Shown here: positions 55,146-64,000 of the stretch, piece by piece
Position numbering within the stretch: the stretch's first letter is position 1
Layout of the letters: every line of letters begins with the position of its first letter
DNA from: a virus
Lineage: Duplodnaviria > Caudoviricetes
Direction: 5' to 3' (one strand)
Virus record (IMG/VR): IMGVR_UViG_3300022594_000001
Length of the DNA stretch: 64,000 nt
The notes under the pieces: model-generated
Seen by the model: only the letters and a program-made list of their open reading frames with translations
The model's database searches: none
What the model was told of the DNA's origin: nothing
Position numbers and translations under genes: made by a program

Positions 55146-55980
55146 ATACTAGCTCCAATTTTTGCAATAGTTTATCAGATAAAAAATCTTTTTCTATGTA
55201 ATGAAATACTCTAGACTGCTTGATGTTACCAACTACTAACTCGCCTTTTGAATTTAAAATAGCAGAAACAGAACGCTGCCACGACGATGATGGAGCTACC
55301 CAGCCTTGCAATGCAGGACGCATATGTATAAATTCTAACGGGCTAGCTGCATCAATCGCATCAATACCAGACAATTGGATAGTAATTGCAACCGCTTTGT
55401 CCATACTTAAAAAATCTTCATATAATTCAGGTGCAAATATTGTATAACATTCTTGCCAGTTATTGCACACAAATTCTAAACATTTATAAAACTCATCTGC
55501 AACTAACGACTTTTTAAAATAATGCAACGCACAATACGAATTAGGTAAATTGTTTACAACAAAAGACTGTCTATATACAGTATCAACAACTGGGTCTAAT
55601 TTATAATTCTTAATCTTAGAGCAATAATTAACATCATAAGTACTACACTGTTCCCACCACGAACTAATGTCTTCTAACATTAGCATGTCGGCATCTAAAA
55701 CAATCGTTTCTTCATACGGTGTTACATGATATAGTTTCCATCTGTTTTCAGCCTTATATCTCGAATCTGTGTTGTCTGTCCACGGGATTGGAATAATTTG
55801 ATCAAATACGTGCTTATAGTTTTCCGGAACTTGATCATTTGTTACTAACGACACTGCATTAGTTATACGTTGACTAATTTTTATGCTCAATGCTAACGCA
55901 TATGCTTGTTTGAGATAATCAACGTCTTTAGTATTCTGAACTAGTATTAAAAATCCTTTAGACACCTGCACCTCCATCAA
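55135..55980 (-). CDS. GT8-like nucleotide-diphospho-sugar transferase
   Basis: YLKQAYALALSI, TPYEETIVLDADML. Confidence 0.65.
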   Translation of the reverse strand: MMEVQVSKGFLILVQNTKDVDYLKQAYALALSIKISQRITNAVSLVTNDQVPENYKHVFDQIIPIPWTDNTDSRYKAENRWKLYHVTPYEETIVLDADMLMLEDISSWWEQCSTYDVNYCSKIKNYKLDPVVDTVYRQSFVVNNLPNSYCALHYFKKSLVADEFYKCLEFVCNNWQECYTIFAPELYEDFLSMDKAVAITIQLSGIDAIDAASPLEFIHMRPALQGWVAPSSSWQRSVSAILNSKGELVVGNIKQSRVFHYIEKDFLSDKLLQKLELVYGH

Positions 55981-56803
55981 TTACACGACTTAGGCTCATT
56001 TTATTCATAACATGAACATCTATTCCAGATGTCTTTGCTGCAATGTATTCACCGAGGTAATTTTGTTTTTCAACAAGGAATTGCATATCAGTATCGTTAA
56101 TGCTAATTAATAGATCCCTGTCTTGCACGTAAGACATAATACCCGGCAAATGTGTTGCAAATTCTCCATTTGTTTTTCCATTCATAATATGTATTGCAAT
56201 ACTAAATGCAAAATCATTTCTAAAAATAGTAGACCCCATACTGTATAACATTCTAAAATATACCCAATTAGACTTTATATAAGTTACTAAATCAAAGAAA
56301 GCTTCGACTATAGGGTCTTTCTGAAATACAAAAACTGTTGCCCAATAAAAAGGAATAGAATAAGGATTTATTCTCTTAAAGTATGTAGTATCACGCCATC
56401 CTGAAATATCAAAACTATCTCGATATATTTGGAATACATCATCACGTTTAAGAGCAATTTTAAGTATGTCTGAGTTAATAATATAATCGCTATCTAATAC
56501 TAATGTCTTATCGTACGGTGTTAACTCATACGCTCTATTTCTAGTAACATTTTTCCACTCAAGTCTTTTAGATGTTAGTGATCCATCATAAAAATCTTTT
56601 TTATTATACTCAGTCAATTCTGTGCTAATAACTTTATCAAAATTATGATCAGGGATAGTGCTAGTTAGCCAATCAGGGCTGTCAGTAACAATGCTAACAG
56701 GAATGTCTAAGAACTTCTTTACGCGACTTGCTGCAAAATTTGCAATTTTTACATAATCCACATTTGAATTATTATGAGCAAAAATTAAAGCACCTGTAGT
56801 CAT
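55958..56803 (-). CDS. GT8-like nucleotide-diphospho-sugar transferase
   Basis: TPYDKTLVLDSDY, FRNDFAFS, VHVMNK. Confidence 0.65.
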   Translation of the reverse strand: MTTGALIFAHNNSNVDYVKIANFAASRVKKFLDIPVSIVTDSPDWLTSTIPDHNFDKVISTELTEYNKKDFYDGSLTSKRLEWKNVTRNRAYELTPYDKTLVLDSDYIINSDILKIALKRDDVFQIYRDSFDISGWRDTTYFKRINPYSIPFYWATVFVFQKDPIVEAFFDLVTYIKSNWVYFRMLYSMGSTIFRNDFAFSIAIHIMNGKTNGEFATHLPGIMSYVQDRDLLISINDTDMQFLVEKQNYLGEYIAAKTSGIDVHVMNKMSLSRVIDGGAGV

Positions 56804-57150
56804 AGCTTAACAATATCCTCAATTTTTCTTTTGGATTTTATTTCTGCAAACTTTGCAGCATACTCATTAATTGCTTGAAAGTAAGTTTCTACAATATTAT
56901 TGTAAAACTCTTGGACGTTATTAATTAAGATTGGAAAATTGTTAGAATCAATAAAAGGAACATCAGTATTATGTCCTAATTCCAAAACAGATTTTGTAAA
57001 TGTAATCAAGTCAGTTGAAACTTTAAAAGTTCCGCCATTTTGATAGTAGACTAATTTTTGATTAAATTCTTCTAGTATTATGCGCCGTTGGTTTGACAAT
57101 GTTGCCATGTAATTAGCAACACCAAATGCTTTTTCTATTCTTTCATCCAT
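56800..57150 (-). CDS. hypothetical protein, first gene of the GT operon
   Basis: 116 aa, GAGG RBS 7 nt upstream. Confidence 0.65.
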   Translation of the reverse strand: MDERIEKAFGVANYMATLSNQRRIILEEFNQKLVYYQNGGTFKVSTDLITFTKSVLELGHNTDVPFIDSNNFPILINNVQEFYNNIVETYFQAINEYAAKFAEIKSKRKIEDIVKL

Positions 57151-57173
57151 AAAGATACCTCAAGTAGTATAAT

Positions 57174-57202
57174 AGTTTATACTAGTTGAGGTATAATGTC
57201 AA
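57174..57202 (-). promoter_or_regulatory. sigma70-type promoter overlapping a 17-bp inverted repeat
   Basis: Minus-strand TTGACA-17bp-TAAACT; arms 57155-57172 and 57177-57194 with one G/G mismatch. Confidence 0.7.
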
Positions 57203-57212
57203 GCGTTATTGG

Positions 57213-58334
57213 TTAACCAATACTTGAAGATGTTGCTGGCGGAACTGATATTGATACGTTTGATGTTGACGGACGACGTATTTGTACAAAGCTAGTAACA
57301 GTGCCTCCTACTGATTCGTCAATTCCCCAACCGCCTGGGCTAGAATCATCACGCCATTGAAGTACAAATTGCAATTGTGATGATGTTGGAGCCGAAGCAA
57401 GGATAACAAACTTGTTTGGATAATATGTTGAACCCGATACGTCTTTTTCAAAAATTTGTACTTGGGTAGATGTTAAATTTGAAAAACCATAGCTAGATCC
57501 AGTGCCGCTGGCAGCAGTTGTCGATCCGTATCCAAAAACAATAGTACCCATAGAACTTAAAATTGTTCTCCAAGTATCGTCTTTGCCGCCTGGTGCAGAA
57601 CTGCCGCCGGTTAATGAAGCACTAAATTGTATTTGAGAACCTGAATTAAAACAGTAACGTGCAGCATTTGCATCAGTAAAATTAACTGTAACTGTTTGTT
57701 GAACTATACCGTTCCAACCCGGTGCTCGAGTTTGTTGAGTAACTAAATTATCTACAGAAACTTCACCGCTTGGAGGTACTGCTAATCGATTAGTTGTAAT
57801 AGTATCAGCTAGTGCATTATAAGCAGAACGATCAGATTCTGTAATTGTAATGCCGCCGAATCGACAAGTCATTGATCCGGATGCCGTTGTTAATGCAAAT
57901 ACTGCTCCGCCTTTACTTGCACTAATAGTAAATTGCGAACTTGTATCAACTGTAAGTACGTAGTAGGTTGTTCCTGCAACAATTCCGCCAAATGTAGTTC
58001 CACTAAATGTAATAGCTAATCCAACTGCTAGTCTAGCAGTGTTAGAAGTTGTTAATCTATTTGTTGCAACATCAGATGCAGTTACGGTAATACTAATTGC
58101 AGGATCAGTTAATAAACTTGATTGATCGCCACCAATTTGATGTTGACGAGCACGTAGTAAGTCTGAACGCAAATTTGCCCATTGTGTCATGGAAATTTTT
58201 GCATTTGCCGATACGGAAGAACTTGCTACGCTTTGCCCGTAACCGTAATCTCCAGAGCCAGATCCTAATACTAATGCAATTTTTCCTTGAATAGTATTAT
58301 AATCCGCTGCTGCAATTTTTGATCCTACTGCCAT
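57213..58334 (-). CDS. virion structural / tail-associated protein
   Basis: G/S/T-rich 373 aa, DYGYGQ N-terminal motif, next to tail fibres. Confidence 0.55.
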   Translation of the reverse strand: MAVGSKIAAADYNTIQGKIALVLGSGSGDYGYGQSVASSSVSANAKISMTQWANLRSDLLRARQHQIGGDQSSLLTDPAISITVTASDVATNRLTTSNTARLAVGLAITFSGTTFGGIVAGTTYYVLTVDTSSQFTISASKGGAVFALTTASGSMTCRFGGITITESDRSAYNALADTITTNRLAVPPSGEVSVDNLVTQQTRAPGWNGIVQQTVTVNFTDANAARYCFNSGSQIQFSASLTGGSSAPGGKDDTWRTILSSMGTIVFGYGSTTAASGTGSSYGFSNLTSTQVQIFEKDVSGSTYYPNKFVILASAPTSSQLQFVLQWRDDSSPGGWGIDESVGGTVTSFVQIRRPSTSNVSISVPPATSSSIG

Positions 58335-58359
58335 AAGTTATCCTTTTATCTACGTAGAT

Positions 58360-58365
58360 TATTTA
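58360..58365 (-). promoter_or_regulatory. late-type promoter box
   Basis: TAAATA on -, upstream of the ATG at 58334. Confidence 0.5.
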
Positions 58366-58368
58366 TTT

Positions 58369-59892
58369 TTAAAGGATCAAGCATTCTACTAATCTGACTT
58401 CAATGTCATTGCTAGTTTCTAAAGCAATTGCAAAAGTATCAGCAGTATTACCCATAGCCGCTTGTGCTGTTCCGTTTGGACCAGCAACTAATCTTTGTCC
58501 TTTAATGACTGATCCAGTAATTTTAACAGGAACACGCCCTTTTAGAGCAATATATGTTCCGCCTTCTAATTCACTGTTCATCATATACGCTGGTTTTTCT
58601 GATACTGGACCAACTGCACGGAATCCAACTGCACACGCAGTTACTTCTTTTTCTCCGCCTACCATTAGTACTGTACCAATTTCGTACTCTGCATCTGCTA
58701 AGTATTTCTCAGCTAAGTCAGCATAGTTGGCGCTTGTTGCTGTACCAACAAAATATGTACCTTTAACTGCACCAGCAGTAATTGTAGTGCCATTGATTAC
58801 TTCATCAATAGCAGTACGAGCAACAATAGTTCCAACACTTGATGCAGAACTTGCTGTTACATAATTTCCTGCTACTGCTAATGAGTCAGCTTGTGTTGCT
58901 GTACCATTAAACGAACTAGCATAAACAGTTGCAAACTTCTTAGAGGCCGAACCAATGTTACTTGGAGTAGCAGATTGTGCATCTGCACCAGGCAATACAT
59001 CATTGCCTACTAGTTGCATTGGAGTTTTTGTTACTGATGATACAGTTGTCTGGAAAACAATAGTATCGTTTAATTGGTTTTGAATTGTAGGCGTAGTGTT
59101 AGAGCTATTAAACACACGTAATTTCGGTGTTGCTCCAACAGTAAAACCAACATCGTCAAATTGTACTAATGTGTTAAAACTTGCAGAACCAGCACGAATA
59201 TAGCTACTTGCATCGTATCCGCCTAATTTGTCAGAATCTGTAGAAGTTCCATAGAATCTGTGACTATCAGTAGTATGCCCTGTTGAATTAGTGTACGCAA
59301 GTGTAATACCTTGATGGATGTCAGTAAACCCAGTAATTGGGTTTGTACCAGTGTCCAATGTAAATGTTGAATCTGGGCTTACTACAAACACTGTTTGATA
59401 TGTGCCTGCGCCTGTACCAACTCTAGCTTCAATAATAGCATGTGTTGTAGATGAACCAGATTCCTTAACACTTCGTGAAATCATTTGTGTTGTGCCAGAT
59501 CCAGCAACACCCTGAGGACCAATCAGAGTAAAATCAGTACCATTCCATGAATACAATTGCTTGTTTGCTGTGTCAAACCAGAAATCACCAACTGTTAACC
59601 CTGTAGGTTGAGTTGTTCCAATTTCAGCACCACCTGTTGTACGGAATTTACTTCCGTCATAAAATTTCAGCTTCGAATTAGTGCTATCGTACCAAATCTG
59701 TCCGCTCAAAGGCTTTGATGGGGGATTTGGATTTGAGAAATTTTCTAGTAAAAATAAGAAGTTCTCGTTTTGAATTTCTCCGTAACCAGCGTAATTTTTA
59801 CCGATTAGCTTAAGGTCAGTAGTTGTATCTACTGTACCGTCAGCAACTGTAGTTACGACTGATCCGTTATATCTATTAATGGTATATGGCAT
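58369..59892 (-). CDS. tail fibre-like protein with C-terminal intramolecular-chaperone/autoproteolytic-like domain
   Basis: GKNYAGYG...LLENF N-terminal module; C-terminal ANYADLAEKY...ALKGRVPVK. Confidence 0.65.
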   Translation of the reverse strand: MPYTINRYNGSVVTTVADGTVDTTTDLKLIGKNYAGYGEIQNENFLFLLENFSNPNPPSKPLSGQIWYDSTNSKLKFYDGSKFRTTGGAEIGTTQPTGLTVGDFWFDTANKQLYSWNGTDFTLIGPQGVAGSGTTQMISRSVKESGSSTTHAIIEARVGTGAGTYQTVFVVSPDSTFTLDTGTNPITGFTDIHQGITLAYTNSTGHTTDSHRFYGTSTDSDKLGGYDASSYIRAGSASFNTLVQFDDVGFTVGATPKLRVFNSSNTTPTIQNQLNDTIVFQTTVSSVTKTPMQLVGNDVLPGADAQSATPSNIGSASKKFATVYASSFNGTATQADSLAVAGNYVTASSASSVGTIVARTAIDEVINGTTITAGAVKGTYFVGTATSANYADLAEKYLADAEYEIGTVLMVGGEKEVTACAVGFRAVGPVSEKPAYMMNSELEGGTYIALKGRVPVKITGSVIKGQRLVAGPNGTAQAAMGNTADTFAIALETSNDIEVRLVECLIL

Positions 59893-59914
59893 TTCTATTA
59901 TTCCTTGGTCCTAG

Positions 59915-59920
59915 TATTTA
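59915..59920 (-). promoter_or_regulatory. late-type promoter box
   Basis: TAAATA on -, upstream of the AAGGA RBS and ATG at 59892. Confidence 0.5.
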
Positions 59921-59948
59921 TGCTGTTTTGGCTAGTACTAGCCGCTCC

Positions 59949-61598
59949 TTAAATATCGATTCCGCTACCCCAAACACCGCTGGATAAGGTAAACTGTTTA
60001 GCAGAAGATAAATCGATACACCAAATTCTACAAATAGCCCCGTCTTGATGCTCTGCAGGTGGATAAATCTTAGTGATAATGTTTAACGCAATTTGTGGAT
60101 TTGTCAAACTTCCCACATTAATAGAAAGCCCTAGCGGTGCTGTTTGTACAGAATATACTAGCGTTTCTAAATTTACGGCATCTGTTCCATCTATTGGAGT
60201 TGCTAAATTTGTAATCTTTTTGTTACTTACACTTACTGATCCGGACCCTTTTGGTACTAAAACTACATCACCGTTTGCAAGGCTCGGGTTCTGATAGTTA
60301 ATTGTGTTATCATTAAAGTATAAGTAATCGACAGTTAAAGAATTTAACTGCCCGATTGAATTTAACCCTAACGCACTAGTAACTGTTGTTCCTAATGCTG
60401 TTTGGCTTAGTACTGAAAATCCGTTAACATGGTACTCTTTGCCTGATGCTAAATTAAAATCTTCTGAGCTTGTCCACGCTGTTGTTGCAGAAAGCCACTC
60501 GATAGTTTTATTTCCATCAATTCCAGCTTGCAAACTAATACCGCCGCCATCTGCTGTTGTATTTGTCGGTGTATCTGTTTTTCCTAATTCAATTAACTTA
60601 TCTTCAATTTGTAAATTTGCAGTATTAATTGTTGTTAAGTTTCCTTCAACAGTTAAACTACCTCTAATTCTCGTATCGCCGTTAACATCTAATGTTGCAG
60701 TCGGTAAATCTGTGTATAATCCAATGAACTGATCTTGAGCAGTCACATGAACTGCTGGCAATAATCCACTAGCGTTTAATAAATTTATTTCAAAATTTTG
60801 ATTTGAAATATTAGAATTAATCTGGGTTATTCCAGTGTTTACGTTTACTTCAATGTTCTGATTAACACCTAATATTAGAGGTGTTGAATTTGCAATAGTA
60901 AGTGTACCAGATGTTCCAGTATTATCAATTGCCGAAACAAAACTTTCTGCACTTCTTAAAGAGCTATCGGCACCAATTAAATAAGATGCCGAAGAAACTG
61001 GAACATTGAATTTAACTCCAGTATAGCTACTTGCATTAAATCCAATTTCAATATTCCCCGAATAACCAGGAATAGGTTCCGACGGTGTAAACGCATCTTT
61101 ACTAAAAATACCCAATAAAGTTCTAGCAACATAAACTAAGACAATAGTACGAGGAATAGTATTAGTATCTAAAACATCAATTGCTTGTAAGCCACTAATG
61201 CCTTGCTGTGCCGTATATACTGGTCCGGCAAGAACGGTATCAACACCGTCATTAAAATATAATTGTTGTCTTAAACTATCGATCCAGATGTCACCTTGTA
61301 CCATTGTTGGCACTGTCGGTGACACAATTGTACCGCCGGATACTTTAAATCCGTTCCCGTCATAAACTTTTAGACGACCTTCACTTGTGTCATACCATAA
61401 TTGTCCAGTAATTCGGTGAGGAGGCTCAGATGTGTTAGCAAAATTCTCTAGCAAATGAACAAAGTTTTCATTAAATAACTCACCATACGAACTAGCATTT
61501 TTACCAACTAAAGTAAGATCCGTTGCTGTTTGATCAATAGTACCGTCAACTATTTCTGTTAAAACAGATCCATCAGTTTTGTTTATAATATAGCTCAT
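59949..61598 (-). CDS. tail fibre / baseplate-associated paralogue
   Basis: Same GKN..SYG...LLENFA...GQLWYD module; beta-rich. Confidence 0.65.
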   Translation of the reverse strand: MSYIINKTDGSVLTEIVDGTIDQTATDLTLVGKNASSYGELFNENFVHLLENFANTSEPPHRITGQLWYDTSEGRLKVYDGNGFKVSGGTIVSPTVPTMVQGDIWIDSLRQQLYFNDGVDTVLAGPVYTAQQGISGLQAIDVLDTNTIPRTIVLVYVARTLLGIFSKDAFTPSEPIPGYSGNIEIGFNASSYTGVKFNVPVSSASYLIGADSSLRSAESFVSAIDNTGTSGTLTIANSTPLILGVNQNIEVNVNTGITQINSNISNQNFEINLLNASGLLPAVHVTAQDQFIGLYTDLPTATLDVNGDTRIRGSLTVEGNLTTINTANLQIEDKLIELGKTDTPTNTTADGGGISLQAGIDGNKTIEWLSATTAWTSSEDFNLASGKEYHVNGFSVLSQTALGTTVTSALGLNSIGQLNSLTVDYLYFNDNTINYQNPSLANGDVVLVPKGSGSVSVSNKKITNLATPIDGTDAVNLETLVYSVQTAPLGLSINVGSLTNPQIALNIITKIYPPAEHQDGAICRIWCIDLSSAKQFTLSSGVWGSGIDI

Positions 61599-63724
61599 AG
61601 ATATACACCAGTATAGATAATATAGTTAATTGTCTGATATGGGTTCATAACAGACAACGGTTGACTTGTAGTACTCGAAATAACGCCTCCGGTGTTTGGA
61701 ACTGCTAAACCAGCACTTGTTGACTGCGGTCCTGGAGGGCTAACTCCGTTTGTATCAGTTGTTAAACCTGGACGACCAATGGCAAAATAATCTGCTTGTC
61801 CTGATGACAATGTATGTTTGTGATCAGGCAAGTTGCTAACTGATAGTGTTCTAGTTTCTGAACCCGAACCAGATCCCAAAGTATCAGCAGTTACATCAGT
61901 AACACGATTAGCACTTCCGCCACCTGCATCAATTAGTACATTAGGATTATTCTTATCAGGTACTGTTGTACCGTTATCCATGTTATCGCGACCTAATGGG
62001 AATCTACCGCGCAAGTCAGGTAAGGCAAACGTATTTTTACCAGTTAATAGTACCGCTGGTCTGTAAGTGTATCCAATGATTGAGAATAAAGATGAATACG
62101 CTCCAATCTGTACCTCGCTACCGTCACACAACAAGTATCCTGTTGGGGCGCTTGAACCTGCATAAGGCATAACTGCACCAATTGGCACTGTTGGAATATT
62201 CGATACTAACGTTTGTTTAGATACTTTTCTTAAACCTACACTAGGTCTATAAATTAGTAGCTCGTCTGTATCATTAGAATCTGTAGCTTCTGTTTTATTT
62301 TGAATAAGGTCTTGACTAATAGTTGTCAAAAACGTAGCAGTACCGTTAGTAGTTTGCCCGTTAAATGCAATAGCGTTACTTGATACATCCCCTGTTAAAC
62401 TAAAAACAGTAGGACTTGCTAACTTAGCGGCAGAACCTGTGATATCACCAGCTAATGCACCAGTAAAGGATCCTGTAAAATTACCAACAAATGTTTGTGC
62501 ATAGATATTTCTAAATGTTCTTGTTGAAGAACCAATGTCATATAATGCATCAGCAGCGTCGCTTCCCGGAAGAATAACACTGCCGCCGACTGGGTTTTCT
62601 TGACTGTCTAAATTATTTAAATTAATCGGACCGTAACTAGAAATATTGCCACCAACTGTTAAGTTTTTAGCAATGCTTACACCACCGTCAGCAATAAGAC
62701 TGCCAACTCCGATATCAGTTGAATCAGTAGTGTTAGAAATTGTTACTACGCCCGAAACTAACGCTGTTCCTAGTACATCTAATGTAGCTTGAGGGTTTGT
62801 GTTGTTTGGGCCAACACCAACTCTGTTTCTTGAATCAACGTGCAGAACTGTATTTGTGCCACTAGATGAATTAAGTTTTAAATCAATACTTGCACCACTA
62901 GTTTTGTTGTACAATACTGTACCAGAAGTATCTGTGCTTAGGTTAAAACTCAAATCACTACCGATTGTAAGTCCACTATTGTTTCTAATATTAAAAGAAT
63001 AACCTGTAGTACTAGATTGATCGCTTCTTAAAAAATTACTAGCCGATATAACAGAGCCGTTTACATTTAATGCATCAGCTGTACTTGCTGCACCCCAAAA
63101 CTTTGTTGGTGCTGTAGAACTTGCTGCATCAGTAGAGCTTAGATTGACACCTTGTCCAATTGTAGAAAAACCAGAAATTGTCTGTTTAGGTGTAAATGAT
63201 TCTTTACTAATAATCAACATTCTGTTGCTATTAGCATACATAGTAACTACACTATGATCAACGTTTGCCGTGTCGGCTAAAATTTCAACTACTGGTCCGG
63301 ATTGTGTACCAGCACTATACTGAGGTCCAATTAGCAGCCAGTTAGATCCGGAGAACATATAAAGCTGTTGGTTGTTTGTATCAACCCATAAGTCGCCTTT
63401 AATACTGCTGGATACATCGGGTGCAGTTGTTGCTTTTTTAACGCTGCCTGCCGCACTCCAGCTAGTACCGTCATAAACTTTTAATAAATTGATACCGGCA
63501 TTATTATCAAACCATAATTGTCCTTGAACTGGGTTTGACGGTGCGGTTGGTGCTGCAAAATTTTCTAATAAATGTAAAAAATTTCCAGCAATTACTGGAC
63601 CATACCCTGCATAATTTTTACCAGGATATTGTAAAGACGTTTGAGAATTAAGCTGTCCGTCGTTGACAGTAATCGGTGGTTTTGCAGGGTTAGAGGTTTC
63701 TGTATATGTAACTTGATAAGTCAT
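61595..63724 (-). CDS. short tail fibre-like protein with phage tail collar domain
   Basis: VPIGAVMPYAG...GYLLCDG...LFSIIGYTY...FALPDLRGRFPLG; C-terminal NPYQTINYII. Confidence 0.8.
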   Translation of the reverse strand: MTYQVTYTETSNPAKPPITVNDGQLNSQTSLQYPGKNYAGYGPVIAGNFLHLLENFAAPTAPSNPVQGQLWFDNNAGINLLKVYDGTSWSAAGSVKKATTAPDVSSSIKGDLWVDTNNQQLYMFSGSNWLLIGPQYSAGTQSGPVVEILADTANVDHSVVTMYANSNRMLIISKESFTPKQTISGFSTIGQGVNLSSTDAASSTAPTKFWGAASTADALNVNGSVISASNFLRSDQSSTTGYSFNIRNNSGLTIGSDLSFNLSTDTSGTVLYNKTSGASIDLKLNSSSGTNTVLHVDSRNRVGVGPNNTNPQATLDVLGTALVSGVVTISNTTDSTDIGVGSLIADGGVSIAKNLTVGGNISSYGPINLNNLDSQENPVGGSVILPGSDAADALYDIGSSTRTFRNIYAQTFVGNFTGSFTGALAGDITGSAAKLASPTVFSLTGDVSSNAIAFNGQTTNGTATFLTTISQDLIQNKTEATDSNDTDELLIYRPSVGLRKVSKQTLVSNIPTVPIGAVMPYAGSSAPTGYLLCDGSEVQIGAYSSLFSIIGYTYRPAVLLTGKNTFALPDLRGRFPLGRDNMDNGTTVPDKNNPNVLIDAGGGSANRVTDVTADTLGSGSGSETRTLSVSNLPDHKHTLSSGQADYFAIGRPGLTTDTNGVSPPGPQSTSAGLAVPNTGGVISSTTSQPLSVMNPYQTINYIIYTGVYL

Positions 63725-63739
63725 TTATTTCGCTCCTGC

Positions 63740-64000
63740 TTAACCTGTTAGACTCTGAATACGAACCGTATAATCAATTTGAATTAAACGGTTTAATGAT
63801 TTTTGTACTGGATGGAAAACAACGTGTGTTAAAAGCATTCCTGTTCCATCCGGATTGTACGATTTAAGCCCTAACTCATCAAACACATATGCGCTTTCAT
63901 TATTAGTTGTAGTATCGTATGCCTGCTGCCCGCCCGGCTCGCCGTAATCTAGCAAACAGGTAATAAACACATCTGTGTAATTTGTTCCAGTTACGTGACG
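63740..64000 (-). CDS. structural protein, 5'-truncated by the window edge
   Basis: Frame open to base 64000 (RHVTGTNYTDVFIT...HPVQKSLNRLIQIDYTVRI). Confidence 0.6.
   Translation of the reverse strand, partial: RHVTGTNYTDVFITCLLDYGEPGGQQAYDTTTNNESAYVFDELGLKSYNPDGTGMLLTHVVFHPVQKSLNRLIQIDYTVRIQSLTG

Noticed and set aside
59930-59943. GGCTAGTACTAGCC palindrome as a terminator (also ATCTACGTAGAT at 58348-58359)
   Set aside because: No U-tract 3' of the hairpin on the transcribed minus strand; short palindromes are expected by chance
1356-63002. Numerous short overlapping ORFs in the track (e.g. 7937, 10939, 20881, 28322, 46060, 49722, 50511)
   Set aside because: Fully nested in or antisense to well-supported genes, with no recognisable motifs or RBS
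1-64000. tRNA genes, CRISPR arrays, integrase/transposase, stop-codon reassignment
   Set aside because: Intergenic gaps are short and show no cloverleaf or regularly spaced repeats; no recombinase motifs seen; known genes are full length under the standard code

Overview
This window is 64 kb of an AT-rich, densely coding, large T4-like (myovirus/jumbo-type) bacteriophage genome. A GH19 endolysin plus a two-component spanin implies a Gram-negative host; a freshwater proteobacterium is plausible but is inference only. Both ends carry virion structural genes: LamG/Ig-like/baseplate genes on + at 1-9.5 kb and paralogous tail fibres on - at 57-64 kb. The middle holds replication and nucleotide genes (clamp loader, clamp, family B polymerase, RNase H-like nuclease, dCMP deaminase, ThyX, PhoH) and a lysis cassette. 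It also holds proteostasis genes (GroES, DnaJ, peptide deformylase, ClpA), a run of proteins with T4-like capsid-targeting N-termini, a MoxR-vWA pair and a glycosyltransferase operon. A 7-deazaguanine DNA-modification locus (DpdA-like transglycosylase, FolE, QueE, DpdL-type QueD paralogue) is interleaved with a flavin-dependent halogenase, a GT-B glycosyltransferase, a truncated UDP-glucose dehydrogenase and a purine phosphoribosyltransferase. The strongest novel leads are: (1) a possible halogenated or glycosylated 7-deazaguanine hypermodification system, (2) a gene-32-type RNA pseudoknot abutting the DNA polymerase RBS, (3) a packaged-cargo gene cluster, (4) a recurrent 'promoter -10 in the loop, RBS in the stem' design, and (5) a catalytically truncated stand-alone DnaE fragment with its own early promoter. 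I found no tRNA, rRNA, CRISPR array, integrase or intein. All family assignments come from motifs recognised by eye, not from database searches.
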